Below, in pieces: positions 38,379 to 52,190 of a DNA stretch of 64,000 nt. Positions within the stretch are counted from its first letter, which is position 1; each line of letters begins with the position of its first letter. This stretch comes from Octopus sinensis (Eukaryota), in the NCBI RefSeq assembly GCF_006345805.1, contig NC_043004.1:57102001-57166000 (forward strand). Direction: 5' to 3'. The notes beneath the pieces were generated by a model. That model ran no database searches, was not told where the DNA came from, and saw only the letters and a program-made list of their open reading frames with translations. A program made the position numbers and the translations under genes.

Positions 38379-39250
38379 ACCTACTTACCAATAGTATGTA
38401 AAAAAAAAATCCCAAATGAATTCTCAGATGTACACATATCACGTGATTTCGAACCCTGTGAGAAACACTTGGTTCTCTTCAGTGAGCATCGCTACCGAGC
38501 GCTAAAGTTTCTCGTCTCACCTTGTGTGAATTGACCATTCAATATGATCGAAGTGAATCAAATTATAAAAGCACTTAAGGATATTATTAATAAATATTAA
38601 TACTATAAGTGGCTAGCAAACTTAAAATAAAACATAATGGTAAAATTACTAATTTATGACCACGGTTAAAGATTGTATTAACATTTGCGATTTTTACTCA
38701 ATCTTGGTGAGTTGGCTATTTACTCGTTTCCTCTAAGTCCCTATTGTGTATTAGTGATAACTGTGGTTTCTGAGTCGTTCTGATTGGTATTTCTATCAAA
38801 TCTGGTACTATCTTCAACCCTGATTATAAATTGATAATTTTACCTTTACGGTTATTTTATGTTTGCTGGCCACTTATTAATAATAATATATTTAAGTATT
38901 TTTATAATCTTATTCACTTCAATCACTCTTGAATTGGCCGTGGCATTGAAATGGTCAATACACACATGTGACGCGAGTATCTTTAGCCCTCGGTTGTGAT
39001 ACTAATAATTGAAGTGGACTAAGTTTTTACCACAAGGTACGAAATCATATGATATGAGTACGTCTGCAAATTAATTCGAGGTTTTTTCTCGCCATTCGTA
39101 AGCTGGTTATTTACTCGTTTCCCCGAATTCACTAGTGTGTATTAGTGAGAAATATGGATTTTGAGTCGTTTTGACTCTGGTTTTTCTTGCAATGCTGGTA
39201 CTGTCATTTACGCTGACTATAAACTGACAATAAATACTACTTCCTATAAA
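37790..39250. mobile_element. Cluster of hammerhead-bearing repeat units: two with the HHR on the minus strand, then two inverted units
   Basis: Direct repeats ~37816 vs ~38170 and ~38706 vs ~39095. The block 38495-38545 is the reverse complement of 38946-38994. HHR motifs at 37944-38000 (-), 38427-38490 (-) and 38998-39064 (+). Confidence 0.8.
38427..38490 (-). ncRNA. Type I hammerhead ribozyme with all core nucleotides
   Basis: GAUGCUCA-CUGAAGA-GAACC aa GUG uuucu CAC ag GGUUC-GAAA-UCACGUGA-UA-UGUGUACAUC. G10.1-C11.1 closes stem II, stem III is palindromic, the triplet is AUA, and stem I has a UA bulge. Confidence 0.8.
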
Positions 39251-42200
39251 AAAAAGACAGTTTTACAGCGTCTAAATGCTTACATCTTCAACTGTCATGT
39301 ACTCATTATATAAGAATTAAATTTCTTTTGGTTCATACACACAGGAGAATGCGTTTAAATATTTTGCTCTTACTATGAAGCTCAATACCATCCCTAAACC
39401 TTCGTGCAGTCCCAAATTTTGTTATTGAATAACAAATAAAGATTGTTTTAATTTAGTTCAATATTATTCATATCTAGTCAATATTCTACAAACTTGAGTT
39501 ATTGTGATAACTTGGGCGTAAGTAAGATTCTAATTGGCTACTTGTAAGGCAAGGTAAAATAATCATTTTAAACGTGCGTTTAAAACATCTATAGAATGCT
39601 AAATTGCAACGGTAGTTCGACAGCCATTTAATTTTCCTTACTGAATATAATGCAATTTGCAAAATAAGTTTGAAAAAATGTTAATTACAAATTTATGAAA
39701 CCTCTCTAGGCTATCGTTTTGCTAAAGCTGCAGAATCGGGTTAAAAGTTTAAATGCAATAGTTATGAAACAGGTGTACATAGTGCTTTACATATGACTGT
39801 TAGAGCACGTTTGTTGATTTAAGGACAAATGTATAAAAATTCGTGTACAATAATCTCAACCAGCTTTTCCATATTCTACATTATACAACGTACTAAACAC
39901 ATCAGGAGGGGGCATTGCAGGAGATTAATGTAAAAAAAAAACGTATAAAATTTTAGTTGAAAATTGAATGTCAGTATATTGTTTAACGACAACTTTAACA
40001 TTTATAAAATATTAAAATATTTGGTGAATTTCCTTGTTGTGTTCCTATTGTCACAACTCACAAAGTTCTTTTTCTTCTATCATTTCTCTACATCAATCGT
40101 TAACAACCAATTACTTCTCTCTCTATTTATCTATCTTTCTCTTCAGAACTGACATGCCGTATATCTTTCTAATACAAACATCACTCTTTCTCTTTAATGC
40201 TCTGTCATGCACACATTTTTCTCTGTCTCTCTTATTCGCACTTTCATGTGCCCCTTCTATTTTTACCACTCTCGACTATTCTTCCTATCTGTTACTGCCC
40301 GTGTTTTGCTATTCCTCTGCCACCTTACTTCCACATATCCTGTACATTTATTCATCATTCTGTCTTTCTCACATTCTTTCTCACTTTTCTTCAGTCTAGC
40401 TCAATAGTGAAAAGGTCACCGCTAATTTAATCGCAGTAAATCAAAATTAGACATTTTGTCAAAGAATACTGTGCGTGCCAGAAACGAAAATAGTTCCCGC
40501 CGAGCAAGACCAAACGCATATATGGATACGAAACATATATACATACACACATTCATATAATGTGCTTTTGTGTGTGTATGTTGAATATTTACGTAGAATA
40601 TTGAAAGTCCGTCTTTCCCAGCATCATGTGTTGGTAGGAATCCAAAATGCTGTAGCGAGATAATGATAATCAATGTTAAATTATCTTCTAGGTCAGCGGG
40701 TCCATTTATGTAACACTGTGGTTATGAACCGACACTAAAAATGGACATACATTAAATAGATTTCATAAGCATCTTCAACAAAACATTATATCGAAATATG
40801 CACATATTACTTTGAAGATATATGAATGAAAAAAATAACATGTATATATGTACATATCCACTCTCATGTCTTTAGTTGCCATTTTATTCCAACTGGATTC
40901 CGATTTATTTTAAGTATATGTCTCAGTCGATTCCTAGTAATTATGGTTGGGGTTTTTAAATGCTTTCAAATGGAAGATCCGAGTTTCATCGAAGAATATT
41001 CCACTTATTTTATCTATAGACCTAAACACGCCTTTCATTTTATTCTAAAGACCAGATTCTTCGGTTTGCATTTCTGACGAAATATATTACACAGGAAGTT
41101 TCAGTGTGACATTGTGTTTTAGGACTGATTACTTAAAGTTTCTGCACAGTCCATTTTCTGAATCGCATCTTTTTATTCACACTCACAAAACCTTGTTCGA
41201 CAGGAGACAATTGCAATCATTAAAACTTCTGCACACAGATCGGGACATATAGTGATTTCGAATACCAGAGATCTAGTTCAAATACAAGAAATCGAGTCTT
41301 TTTTCTGCATCTAATTAATACGAAGTTGCAACACAAGCGCATGTACGTTAGCACACACATACACGCACACACATTGACACACACGCACACACACATATGT
41401 ATAGAAGAGAATATCATGAGAATTTAGATATTTCTAGAAATAAATTGCTTATAACGGTGGACAGTAAGGTAGAGAAAAATATTCAAAATAATTAAAAATA
41501 CCTATCTATGGAGGGAAAATATGGAAGACTTCCCTTAGACTCGGAGCCACAGTTTCTGAAAATTCCTCGTATAAAAAATATAAATCTTTTTAAGATGGAG
41601 AAATGTGGTGGATTGCCTTCGTGTGATGGTAAAACGCTTATCATGTTTACACAAGATGGGGTGGGTCGAGTTACACACCAACCTCCGACTTTCCCCATAA
41701 AAGAGCATTTGATATTTACACGTTATTAACTTTAACTTTCTGTTCTTGAAATTCCACGTTGAAAAAGAAAATTATTTCTGGCTTCTCGAAGTTTCTAAAC
41801 CGTTATGTCCTACACAACATGCTGGTAAAGAACAACTTTACATACAAAGGATTGCTTGGCACAATGCTATGACGCCTGTCAGATTGTAGAATATTCGGGG
41901 GCGATTTCACGGGCAAACTTCGACTTTTTTCATCCAAGTTTTATATGACATTATATATTTCTCAACATTCCGTCCGGCTTTACGTTCTGAGATTAATTTG
42001 GGCCAGGTCAGCTTTTATCGTTTAGGTATTAATTTAACAATTCCAGCCAAGGAACAGCGTCGTCGTAATCAACTAGACACCCGCCCCCAAATTTCCGGCC
42101 TTGTACATGTGTACTCAAAAGATTATTTGCAAATTTCTCCAACTCGTGTTCCGCTGTTAAAACGATTTTTATATAATTCTATATTTTGCTTCATATATTA

Positions 42201-42739
42201 TATTAAAATGTGCGTGTATCAAAACATTTTGCCGAAATGTCTTCTTGCAAAATGAACATATTAAAGAACACAGAATAATGAAAAATTATTAGACTATTGA
42301 ATAGTGTCTAATGATATACGTATGCTACTTGCAGTTTTGAAACTTACCAACAGCTGAAATAGAAAAAATAATCGTATCATAGATATATTATACTGTGGAG
42401 AAGACTAGCAAGTACATGATATTAAATAATTTATTCCTGACTGTATACTGTTAATGATACTGGTATCAAAGTTAAGTTAAAAAGGAGAGGAGTTGATATG
42501 GAGATCTAGATTCAGCAATAGGATATGAATTTTAAGAGAAGTTTCTCCTCAGTTGTAAACAAAATGTTAGATGTCTGAGCGATATCATCATTAAATTACC
42601 ATGGGATTGTTTGGATTTGAGAAGACAGTATTTGTTTCTCTCTTTGTGTATTACACGCAATTTAGATTAAAATCGCAAAGAAGCCATCGTTGTACATCAT
42701 AATTTTCCAGCAGGAACGAAGGGGTGCCTACTTTGGTGG

Positions 42740-42915
42740 TATCACGAAACGCCTGGCTAGAGGCCCAACTTTCCCAGTTCTTTTACAAGGCTTAGAAAAA
42801 CTGAAGGACCGTTTCAATATGTGTGTGAATGTGGGAAGTGAATATATTGAATAATATCATAATTAACTAATCTTCCAATATTTTCTTTTACCCAAAGCCA
42901 GGATGTTTTCAGCAC
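42740..42915 (+). mobile_element. Mariner transposase 3' remnant and decayed terminal repeat
   Basis: WLEAQLSQFFY / QGLEKLKDRFNMCVNVGSEYIE* (frameshifted) resembles the mariner C-terminal GIxKLxxRWxKCxxxxGxY motif. Confidence 0.65.
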
Positions 42916-44180
42916 CCACTCCTAGATGACTTTCAGACATGTATATACTACATCATAAAATGGAGCAACTCATAACCATCTCAAATTACACGAACTTCAC
43001 ACTACATCGAAATCTTAATTCTGTAATTTGTGAGACAAATGGTTAGCTACTACCGCCACATATAACCCGCATGATCCTTGTGACGTACTAGTGTGTGTAC
43101 AATTCTTCCAAACAACTCAGCAATATTCTGAAGTTCGCCTATTCTCGTGCACTTCAGAGTAGAAAAAAATCACACACACTCATGAACTCTATGATTCTTA
43201 GTTGATCTAAAATATGTTCTGGATACATCCCAATAGAAGCCAGGCAGAATAAATATAACAGGTCTGAAACCGAGCCCAAACAGATTCATTCTATTTTAGA
43301 TGTCATCGGAACAAGCTCACAAAGAGTAAAATACAAGATTGCAGACACAAATTATGATGTACTTACATCTGCATTAGAAACGGTACAACATTACTGAGTA
43401 TGAAGTTGGATGGTGAATAATACAGAGATGTGTTTTATCTACAGCATTGAATCAATATATTGCACTTATTCGTCGAATTTCTACCCGCTATATGACTGCC
43501 TTCGCTATAGAGATAACCTCATTTATAAAGCAACGATAAGAAAGCTAATGGAAATTTAGAGCGATGGGTTTATTCAAAACATGCCCTTACATCTACTTCT
43601 GACAAATATTTTCAATGTAACGCGTTTTCTTCTCTGCATTAATCGCCATACATTATGGGATATATAATTATTTGCTCATATGAACTGTGATATGTGTATC
43701 AATGCCTGCAGGGAGTGCAGTTTCTAATGAAAGTTATGATCATGTTTATTCTGACAATTTATCGAACCTAGAATTAAGTGATATATATACCTGGTCTTGC
43801 ACAGAGTAACAATATTCAAATAGTCTGTATTTTGCTCGAATACCTCTTCCATTAACGTTTAAGAACTATGTATGTTCCTTATCACGAATACAAATATCGC
43901 AACTGTTCTTGAGCTTGGGTGTACGATAATATGCACAAGCATCGGAATTCCTAGACAATAGATGTCAAAGGTAACACAAATCATTTACTTTTGATGTATT
44001 ATAGTTACAGTTCTTCATAATAGTAATTGAGGTAGCTTTAGAATTAGATGAGCAACGTTCACATTACGCTGACTTACATAAACACATTTTAATTAACAGG
44101 ATAACTGTGATTCAATATTATTAATCTTGGATTCTGTTTATAATTTGTAATTCTCCTTGTCATTGCATTTATACACTCTC

Positions 44181-44572
44181 TCTCTTTTACTTTTTTACTT
44201 GTTTCAGTCATTTGACTGCGGCCATGCTGGAGCACCGCCTTTTAGTCGAGCAAATCGACCCCAGGACTTATTATTTGTAAGCCCAGTACTTATTCTATCG
44301 TTCGCTTTTGCCGAACCGCTAAGTAACGGGGACGTAAACACACCATCATCGGTTGTCAAGCAATGCTAGGGGGACAAACACATACACACACATATATATA
44401 CATATATACGACAGGCTTCTTTAAGTTTCCGTCTACCAAATCCACTCACAAGGCATTGGTCGGCCCGGGGCTATAGCAGAAGACACTTGCCCAAGATGCC
44501 ACGCAGTGGGACTGAACCCGGAACCATGTGGTTGGTTAGCAAGCTACTTACCACACAGCCACTCCTGCGCCT
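44181..44572 (-). mobile_element. SINE family A, full length
   Basis: Reverse complement of the 51796 copy over its whole length. Confidence 0.92.
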
Positions 44573-45182
44573 ATATGAACTTTAATCATTCGGAAATAGG
44601 AGGGTTTCTATGATTTTTTGATCGACAATAAAATTTATGGAATTGGTGTATAATGTACAACAAATATACGATTTATATGGTGTATGCTTTGGCAGTGTTC
44701 TTAGTTGAAATGCTTATACTGAAGTAACAGATCGTGTACAAAGTTACACTTCTACGGCAGCAACGGGTATTGTGTATAATAGTTGATATATTTACAGTAC
44801 TTTGTTATCCTTCTTATTCAGTATCTTATAATATATTGGATCAGAGTTAAAACTATATTTAATCCTGAAATTATTAGACAATGTGAATATGAAGAACACA
44901 CACCACTGCTTTTGATAGGGTGTATAAACCCCCATAAAGATAATAATGGTGATAAATGTAAATAATACAATAATTGAAAATGATCATTATGTTACCTTAC
45001 AAGTTCAGCAATTTTTAAAACTGATTGATTAACATTTCCAAGGATATTATCGCAGTAAAACTAAAAGCAATCAACCTGTTTCAACCGCTTCTCTCTTCGG
45101 GTTTTTGACGTGTGCGTGCGTACATGCTTGTGTGGTGTATATGTTTGTGTAGTATAAGTGCTTTTGTGTTCGTGGATGGATT

Positions 45183-45229
<47 letters not shown>

Positions 45230-48200
45230 GCACACACACACACAGATAGGACAAATATAGATATTCATATATGTCCGATTATACACACACGCGCGCATAT
45301 ATATTTTCTTGTATTTGTGTCTTTGTTTACAAGTTTAGGTTTGTGAATAATTATGTGAATTTCAGCCTCTCCCCAGGGGTTACGAAATTATGTTTGATTC
45401 ACTGCGACTAAGAGTAAGCCGTATCAATGATTGATATAGATATTTTTAATGTGTCATGAAGAAATCAAAACCATAAGTGTGGATATTTTTCTTAATGTTC
45501 CATGTTTGCGTTTGATAGCGCATCTCAATTTACTCGATTTATGTATAACTTTACGAAAGGGTTAGTGGCATTATGCGAATTATTACGTAGGATGAATTCT
45601 TTAGATGCATATAATATTTTTTACTTTTATTTGCTGTATATATGCTGTTAAGACTTCAGAATGTATAATTTTATCACTAGTATGAAAGACCAACACAAAC
45701 CCATAGCTATGAAATATACAATTATTGTATATAATATTTGCGTACTTATTTTGTTCTGTTAAACATGTTTTTATTTTAGTTAACATTATACACACATGTA
45801 AAATGAGCCCAAAATAAAGAAACTAACGTTGAAGTTAGAATATTTTAACCATAGAGTTATGAGATCAACCCTCACTTAAGACTAAAAGCAAAATATGAAG
45901 GCATGATTAAAGAATCTTTTTAGACAAACATCTAAGAAATTTAGGAGCAGATATCAGTTTTAGATATTTAGGCAATATCTAATCGTTAACGGATAGCATA
46001 CCTATCTCGTTGATCTTTTATATATATTTGCGGTATTTACAAATGTCTATCATCTCAGTGTACTGCTACTAAGACAAGAGACTGAAGATCTAGAAAAGTT
46101 GAAATGACAAATACTATACCAATATATATATAGCATTTGTGAGGCTTTATCATAGTTACAGACGGTAGTATCTTTGAATATAACATACATAATCTGTCAT
46201 GGTTGTATTTATGAGAAATATCACAAATTGAACAACTAGCAGCCATCGTCTGAATTGCAATGTGAACTTCTCCTTTGGTATCGATGACGAGTGCAATATT
46301 GGTATCTTCCGATCAACGAAATAATCATCTCATTGATTTGGCTATTCAACAGGTTCATTTACATTTACATTATGTCCATTGTGGTCCAGCATGAGCATGT
46401 GCAACAAAACTATTTCAATGAATTTTATGCATACTTCATCCAGTTTTAAACACTCACCGTGTATTCATTTTCTTTAACTTCACAGATAGAGATAAAATAG
46501 ATACCCTAAAGCTAAAACAAATAATCAGATAGCTTTAAATTACAACCTAAAAATCTAGTCATGACCAATTATATCATCTACCCTACAACAATTAACGCTC
46601 TGAGTAAAAATAAAGACATTATAAATGCTTCAGTGGAAAAGAAACTTTTTATAGAAATATAGCGGAACAACTGATTGATAATAATAAAATGTTTGTCTTA
46701 ATTAATTTTATGAGTTAAATGAAGTGAAAAGACTTGTTTTATAAGTCCAATAGTATTATGTATTATTTCGATAAACCCTGAACTATCGTGAATTTCTCTA
46801 TTCTTTCCTAATTTCTATACATCTGCTTGTATTTTTGTGTTGCTTTGAGGCAAATACATTCACACATTTGCGCTCTTAACTTCATTGAGAGAAATATCCA
46901 AACCTACTTGTGTGGTATCCCTGATAGAGCTCACGGCATTGTCATTATGTGCCATTCAGTACAATAATTTGACAATTATCATGAACGATGATACGTTATT
47001 TATAGCACAGCGAATTTGAGAAATCTTAAATGTTTTCAATTTCAAAATGTTTTGACCAAAGTCTTCAGCCAAAAGCACTTATAAATTTATGACATGTAGG
47101 AGTATCAAACCAGGATTCAAGATAACGGAAGGTACTACTATCTGTTCTATGTCTCTTCGAATAGCTTTCTACGATAGAGGCAAAACGTGCAACTGTGTTG
47201 ATTGCTATTTCATGTGGATATGTTACTGTTCTCCACAGCGTGTCTACTCATGCATGAATTTATTTCTACAGCAAGTTACAATAACGTTCATCCCTTATCT
47301 AAATATGCGTATGTAATTATGTAAATGAAAGTTTCCACAGATTCTCATTTGCTGCATATGTTGTTCTTGAAATTGGTGTCGACAATACTCAAATATTCCG
47401 TTGCCCTAATCATAGCATAATGCAATAACATTTCACTTGCTTAACTATGCTCAACTGGTTATCGATTTTACGTCTTTTTATTATATATTATTATTTATTT
47501 TGCCCTCCAATTGCTTTAGGTTTTTAAGTGTGTTCTGACATTGGTATATATCTTTCGGTGTTATCAACGATATAGGTATTGTGGTTCTTGTTAATTGTTG
47601 AATCAAGGTAGTGAAAAGAAAATAATAGTGCAAAAGCCTCCGGGCCTACCAGAAATATCACACATGTATTTTCAGTCTCCCTTGCATGGAAGGAGAGAAA
47701 AAGAAAGAAAGAAAGAGAGAGACAGTGAGAGAGAGAGAGAGTGGGTGTATTTGTTTCTTAGTAATAGAGAAACACAATAAGACAGAAGAAGAAGGAAAAA
47801 ATAAAGTTGAACGAGATGTTTTTAAAGAATTTATCGTAATTCTGTTGAGTTTCGGAAACAGCTACTTCCACTTCATTTAACTAATAGAAATAATTAGACA
47901 AACATAATAATATTAGTGAGTTATTCAGTGGTCATTATCTTTTTTACCAAATCTGCATTTCATTGGAGCATTTATAATGGATAGTATTTGACTAGTCACT
48001 CATAGTGTTAAATGTTGTAGAGTTGGAGATATAATTGTTAATGAGTTGGTGATTCGCATTATCTTAAAGGTATCTATTTTTACCATCGTGAACGGAAGAG
48101 AAAATATTACAATCTGAGCAATAAATCAAAGGTACAGAATTCGGAATTTATATAGAAACTACAAATGCTTTTAGAGTATGTACAATAAAATACGCATTAA

Positions 48201-48759
48201 AATGTTTAAGTTTTTATGCTGGAACATGCATTCTCTTCTCGATATTATTTAAACTGTTTAAGTCGGGGATTTGTGTTATTGGCATCTATACCGGGTAACA
48301 AAGTGCAGCGTATATTACTGGATGGTGTATAGTACTATTAATTTCTTTTAAAAATGCAATTGCCGTGCATGATATTTGATATAATGTAGGGTGATTTTTA
48401 ACAATTCGTCATATTGCTAACATTTGCTAATCGTACAAGTCGTGAAAGTTGCGATTACTGATACCATTATTTTGTTAGTAAATTAAAAATGAAGATACAT
48501 TAAGTAACAAATTCAACAACGGCAGTGGGTAGGTACAGGCATTCGCCTCATAGTTATGTGGCTCTGAGTTTGATCAAACTTTGTTGCAGTTTTAGATGGG
48601 TGACTGACTATTACCATGGGATCGTGCAACCGAGTGGAAATATATTTTATGTACGGCGATATAAAATGAAATGCCTATTCACTTACTTTTAAAGACAGAG
48701 AAAACTTAACAAAGTATAATGAAACTTTAAATGTGAATATTTAATCTTAGTATAAATAC

Positions 48760-49061
48760 CAATGGTTGTTCCTTCTCAAGCCATCTGGCTCATAAGGGCT
48801 GGTTTTCTGGTTTCCTTGGCGTATAGGTTCCCCACCTGGATGGAACGCCGTTCCGTCGCAGGTGAGCTGCAAGATGCAGGAGGAAAGAGTGGGAGAAAGT
48901 TGTGGCGAAAGAGTCAGCAGAAGTTCGCCATACCTTCTGCTGGAGCCGCGTGGAGTTTAGGTGTTTTGCTCATAGAGACACACATAGCCTGATCTGAGAT
49001 TCGAACCAGTGGTCTCTCGACCGCGAGTCCGCTGTCTAACCACTAGGCCATGTGCCTCCAC
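48760..49061 (-). mobile_element. Third tRNA-derived SINE with V-domain-like core
   Basis: A box TGGCCTAGTGG, B box GGTTCGAATC, and central CCTGCGACGGAACGGCGTTCCATCCAGG resembling the V-SINE core (CCTGCGATGGACTGGCGTCCCGTCCAGG, recalled). Confidence 0.7.
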
Positions 49062-51795
49062 ATAAATACCAATAATAGATATAAAATGTTTGTTTCTAAT
49101 ATAGGCACAACGCCATAAATTTCTTGAAGTGTGCGAGCTATATGTGACCTTGGCAGAACATGAAATCATACTGGAAACGTTGAGACTAAATATGTAAACG
49201 CCTTTCTCGAATCTCTAACGATTCTCTCATTCTGCAATATTTCGAAGATTGCAATAATATTGGCGTGGGATTCATTACAGCTAACCAAATTTGTTTCTTT
49301 TTTCTTTTTTTTGTGGTAGGGTAGGGCATATATATAAATTGATACTATTAAACTGCTATAATATAGTGTATCTGGCACTCGAGAGAATAGTAACGGTTGA
49401 CACTGAATATGATCGAAACGGAAATATTACAAAACTTGCAGTTGGGAATGAAATCTATGAGTCAGTGATTATAATCATAAAAATAATTATATTCATAATA
49501 TTGCGAATAGAAGCGTGGCTACAAACCCTGAAACAATGACCTTTACCATACAGGAAGAAGCAATAATCAGAATGCGCATTGGGAGAAATATTTACAGATC
49601 TTTAAAAACTGATGATAAATGTTTGATGAGTCTAATTTACTAAAATATTCCATGACAATCTCTTGTCTAAAACATAATTTTATTGTATTAAAGTATTATT
49701 CTAGTGCGATACTAAAAGAATGAACTATAGTTTCTTTTTTTCTGTTTCGATAATTATTAATCGAATAATATTTTCAAAATGCAATATGAATAGAACCACT
49801 GAAGGACATTCGAATCAGATTTAGAGATATATGCGACATTGCTGAATAAATTATACAGTCCGTTAGAGAAGTTGGGTTAAAATCCTATAGATTATGATTC
49901 ATAATTTAACAATACAGTATTTCTATTTTAAAAGGCGTGTGCTGATTTGTCTCACCCACTAACTTTTTGCGATATATTCAACTTACATTCCACTGACAAG
50001 ATTATGATGTAAGATCATTAGCAGCAGTATGCAGATTTGCAAAGAAATTAAATGCACATAATGCAATTTAGTTAAATATCTTCAAACGACAATTAAAGAT
50101 TTATCGCCGTTTATTTGCCTTATATCTAAGATAGAACGAAGCCCATGTTTTTCTTTGAGTGGCAATATACATTATATCTGAAAGACAATTTTTCTTTACA
50201 TTTATTTTTAGAAAAATATATTAATAATGTTCTGTAATGACTAAAAAGAACTAAATGGCTACACCACGTCTACACGCTAGCATGCATAACATTATTCTTT
50301 TAGTGACTTCTGACATTCGATTGCAACGATGCTGAGACTATGTTGAGACAAAAATTTAGAAGAACCAGTTCAAACCAGTACATTGGCTTCAACATATTTT
50401 ATCAAGTATTTCAGGATGAAATGGAATTAGAAAGTGTGTCGCGACAAGAAGCAAAACTGGGACAGGAAAATAATACCAAATGTGTTTTTGACTGGCACAC
50501 TTATTTGCCTGATACTGGCCAATAGTTGACAATAATTAAAATCCAAGTACTATATCTTATAATTTTATTCACTGTCTCAAGTACTAGTGGCTAATTTACA
50601 TTCACTTTTATTTTATTGCTGACCTTTACTGATTTTTTTTATAATACTGGACGTGGCTATATATTGACTTTGTTAAAATTTAGAATTACTGCCGAAGAAA
50701 TTATTACAGTATAAATTTGAGTAAATTTGCTGTTTGGTGAACCAACTTTATTGAATAGGTGGAAGGTAACAGTAGAGCCCATTAGTTATAATGTTATCTC
50801 TGCATCACATGCCTATCACAGGTATTGGCAAAATATAAACAAGTATTTTAAAATGATAAAATGAAGAATTTCCATATATTTATTTCTGTATTTTAAAGCA
50901 TTCACTGATAAAGATTTCAAAAGTTCATATATATGTGTGTGTATGTAATACCTGTTGCTGCATTGGCTGTATGTATGTATATTTATAAAAGTGTATGAAT
51001 ATAGATAAATATTTATATTTTCATATTAGGAGGTGTTTCATTCCCAATATTCGTTTGATATTTACGATACGCCAAAGCTATTTATTGCAAAGATATATGT
51101 GAATTAGTCAAAATGCAATACCAAGCGAGTGCCGTTAGCAATATTCATACCTCTTGTGAATTAATCTTTCAACCACACAAAATATGCTAAAAGGATAAAT
51201 ACATTAGCTAAAATGTAACTTATTTACAATGTAACTTATCTCCTTAAAATATACATCTTTGTTGCCTCGAGACATAATGTTTGAATGAAATAATAAAAAA
51301 TAAAAAGTAAAGCAATGCACAGCCTATTAGTAAAATGTTAAACAGTTTATATTTCTATGTTAAAAAATTCACATTAGTGAAGTTTAAATATTATTAGGTT
51401 AGTAGTGATAGATAACTTTTATTATCAAGGTTCGGATGTGTTATGTCTTTATTCATATAAATGTATCATAGTTTCATTGCCAATAAATATTTCTGCTTCA
51501 ATCGACATCAAATCTTTAGAAGAATTTTACATTAAATAGCTGCTTTGAACGAAATAATTGACAACGTTATGAAGAAAACGTATTACTTTCACTTTTGTTA
51601 ATGTTAATTTTAATATTATTCTCTTGGCACGATATAAGTTCTCCTGTTACTCTTTTATGAAGCTGAATACATAATCGAAATTTGTAACATAATGAAAAAT
51701 GTTCCGATGTGAAGCATTCAGCAACACAAAGTATGCAGCTTAATCGAAGACGTAGTCGTAATCTTTAACTTAATATATAAATTTTATGAACATAT

Positions 51796-52190
51796 AGGCA
51801 CAGGAGTGGCTGTGTGGTAAGTAGCTTGCTAACCAACCACATGGTTCCGGGTTCAGTCACACTGCGTGGCATCTTGGGCAAGTGTCTTCTGCTATAGCCC
51901 CGCGCCGACCAATGCCTTGTGAGTGGATTTGGTAGACGGAAACTGAAAGAAGCCTGTCGTATATATGTGTATGTGTGTGTGTTTGTGTGTATGTGTTTGT
52001 CCCACTAGCATTGCTTGACAACCGATGCTGGTGTGTTTACGTTCCCGTCACTTAGCGGTTCGGCAAAAGAGACCGATAGAATAAGTACTGGGCTTACAAA
52101 GAATAAGTCCCAGGGTCGATTGCTCGACTAAAGGCGGTGCTCCAGCATGGCCGCAGTAAAATGACTGAAACAAGTAAAAGAGTAAAAGAG
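51796..52190 (+). mobile_element. SINE family A, full length
   Basis: Complete head, internal microsatellite and (GTAAAAGA)n tail. Confidence 0.92.

Noticed and set aside
41508-41729. 73-aa ORF MEGKYGRLPLDSEPQFLKIPR...
   Set aside because: No recognisable motif or splice support; compatible with chance.
43205-43400. ~63-codon open stretch (SKICSGYIPIEARQNK...VQHY*)
   Set aside because: No start, no recognisable domain and no supporting neighbouring exons.
50340-50525. 61-aa ORF with an internal acceptor (TTTCAG|GATGAAATGG)
   Set aside because: No recognisable homology and no supported upstream exon.
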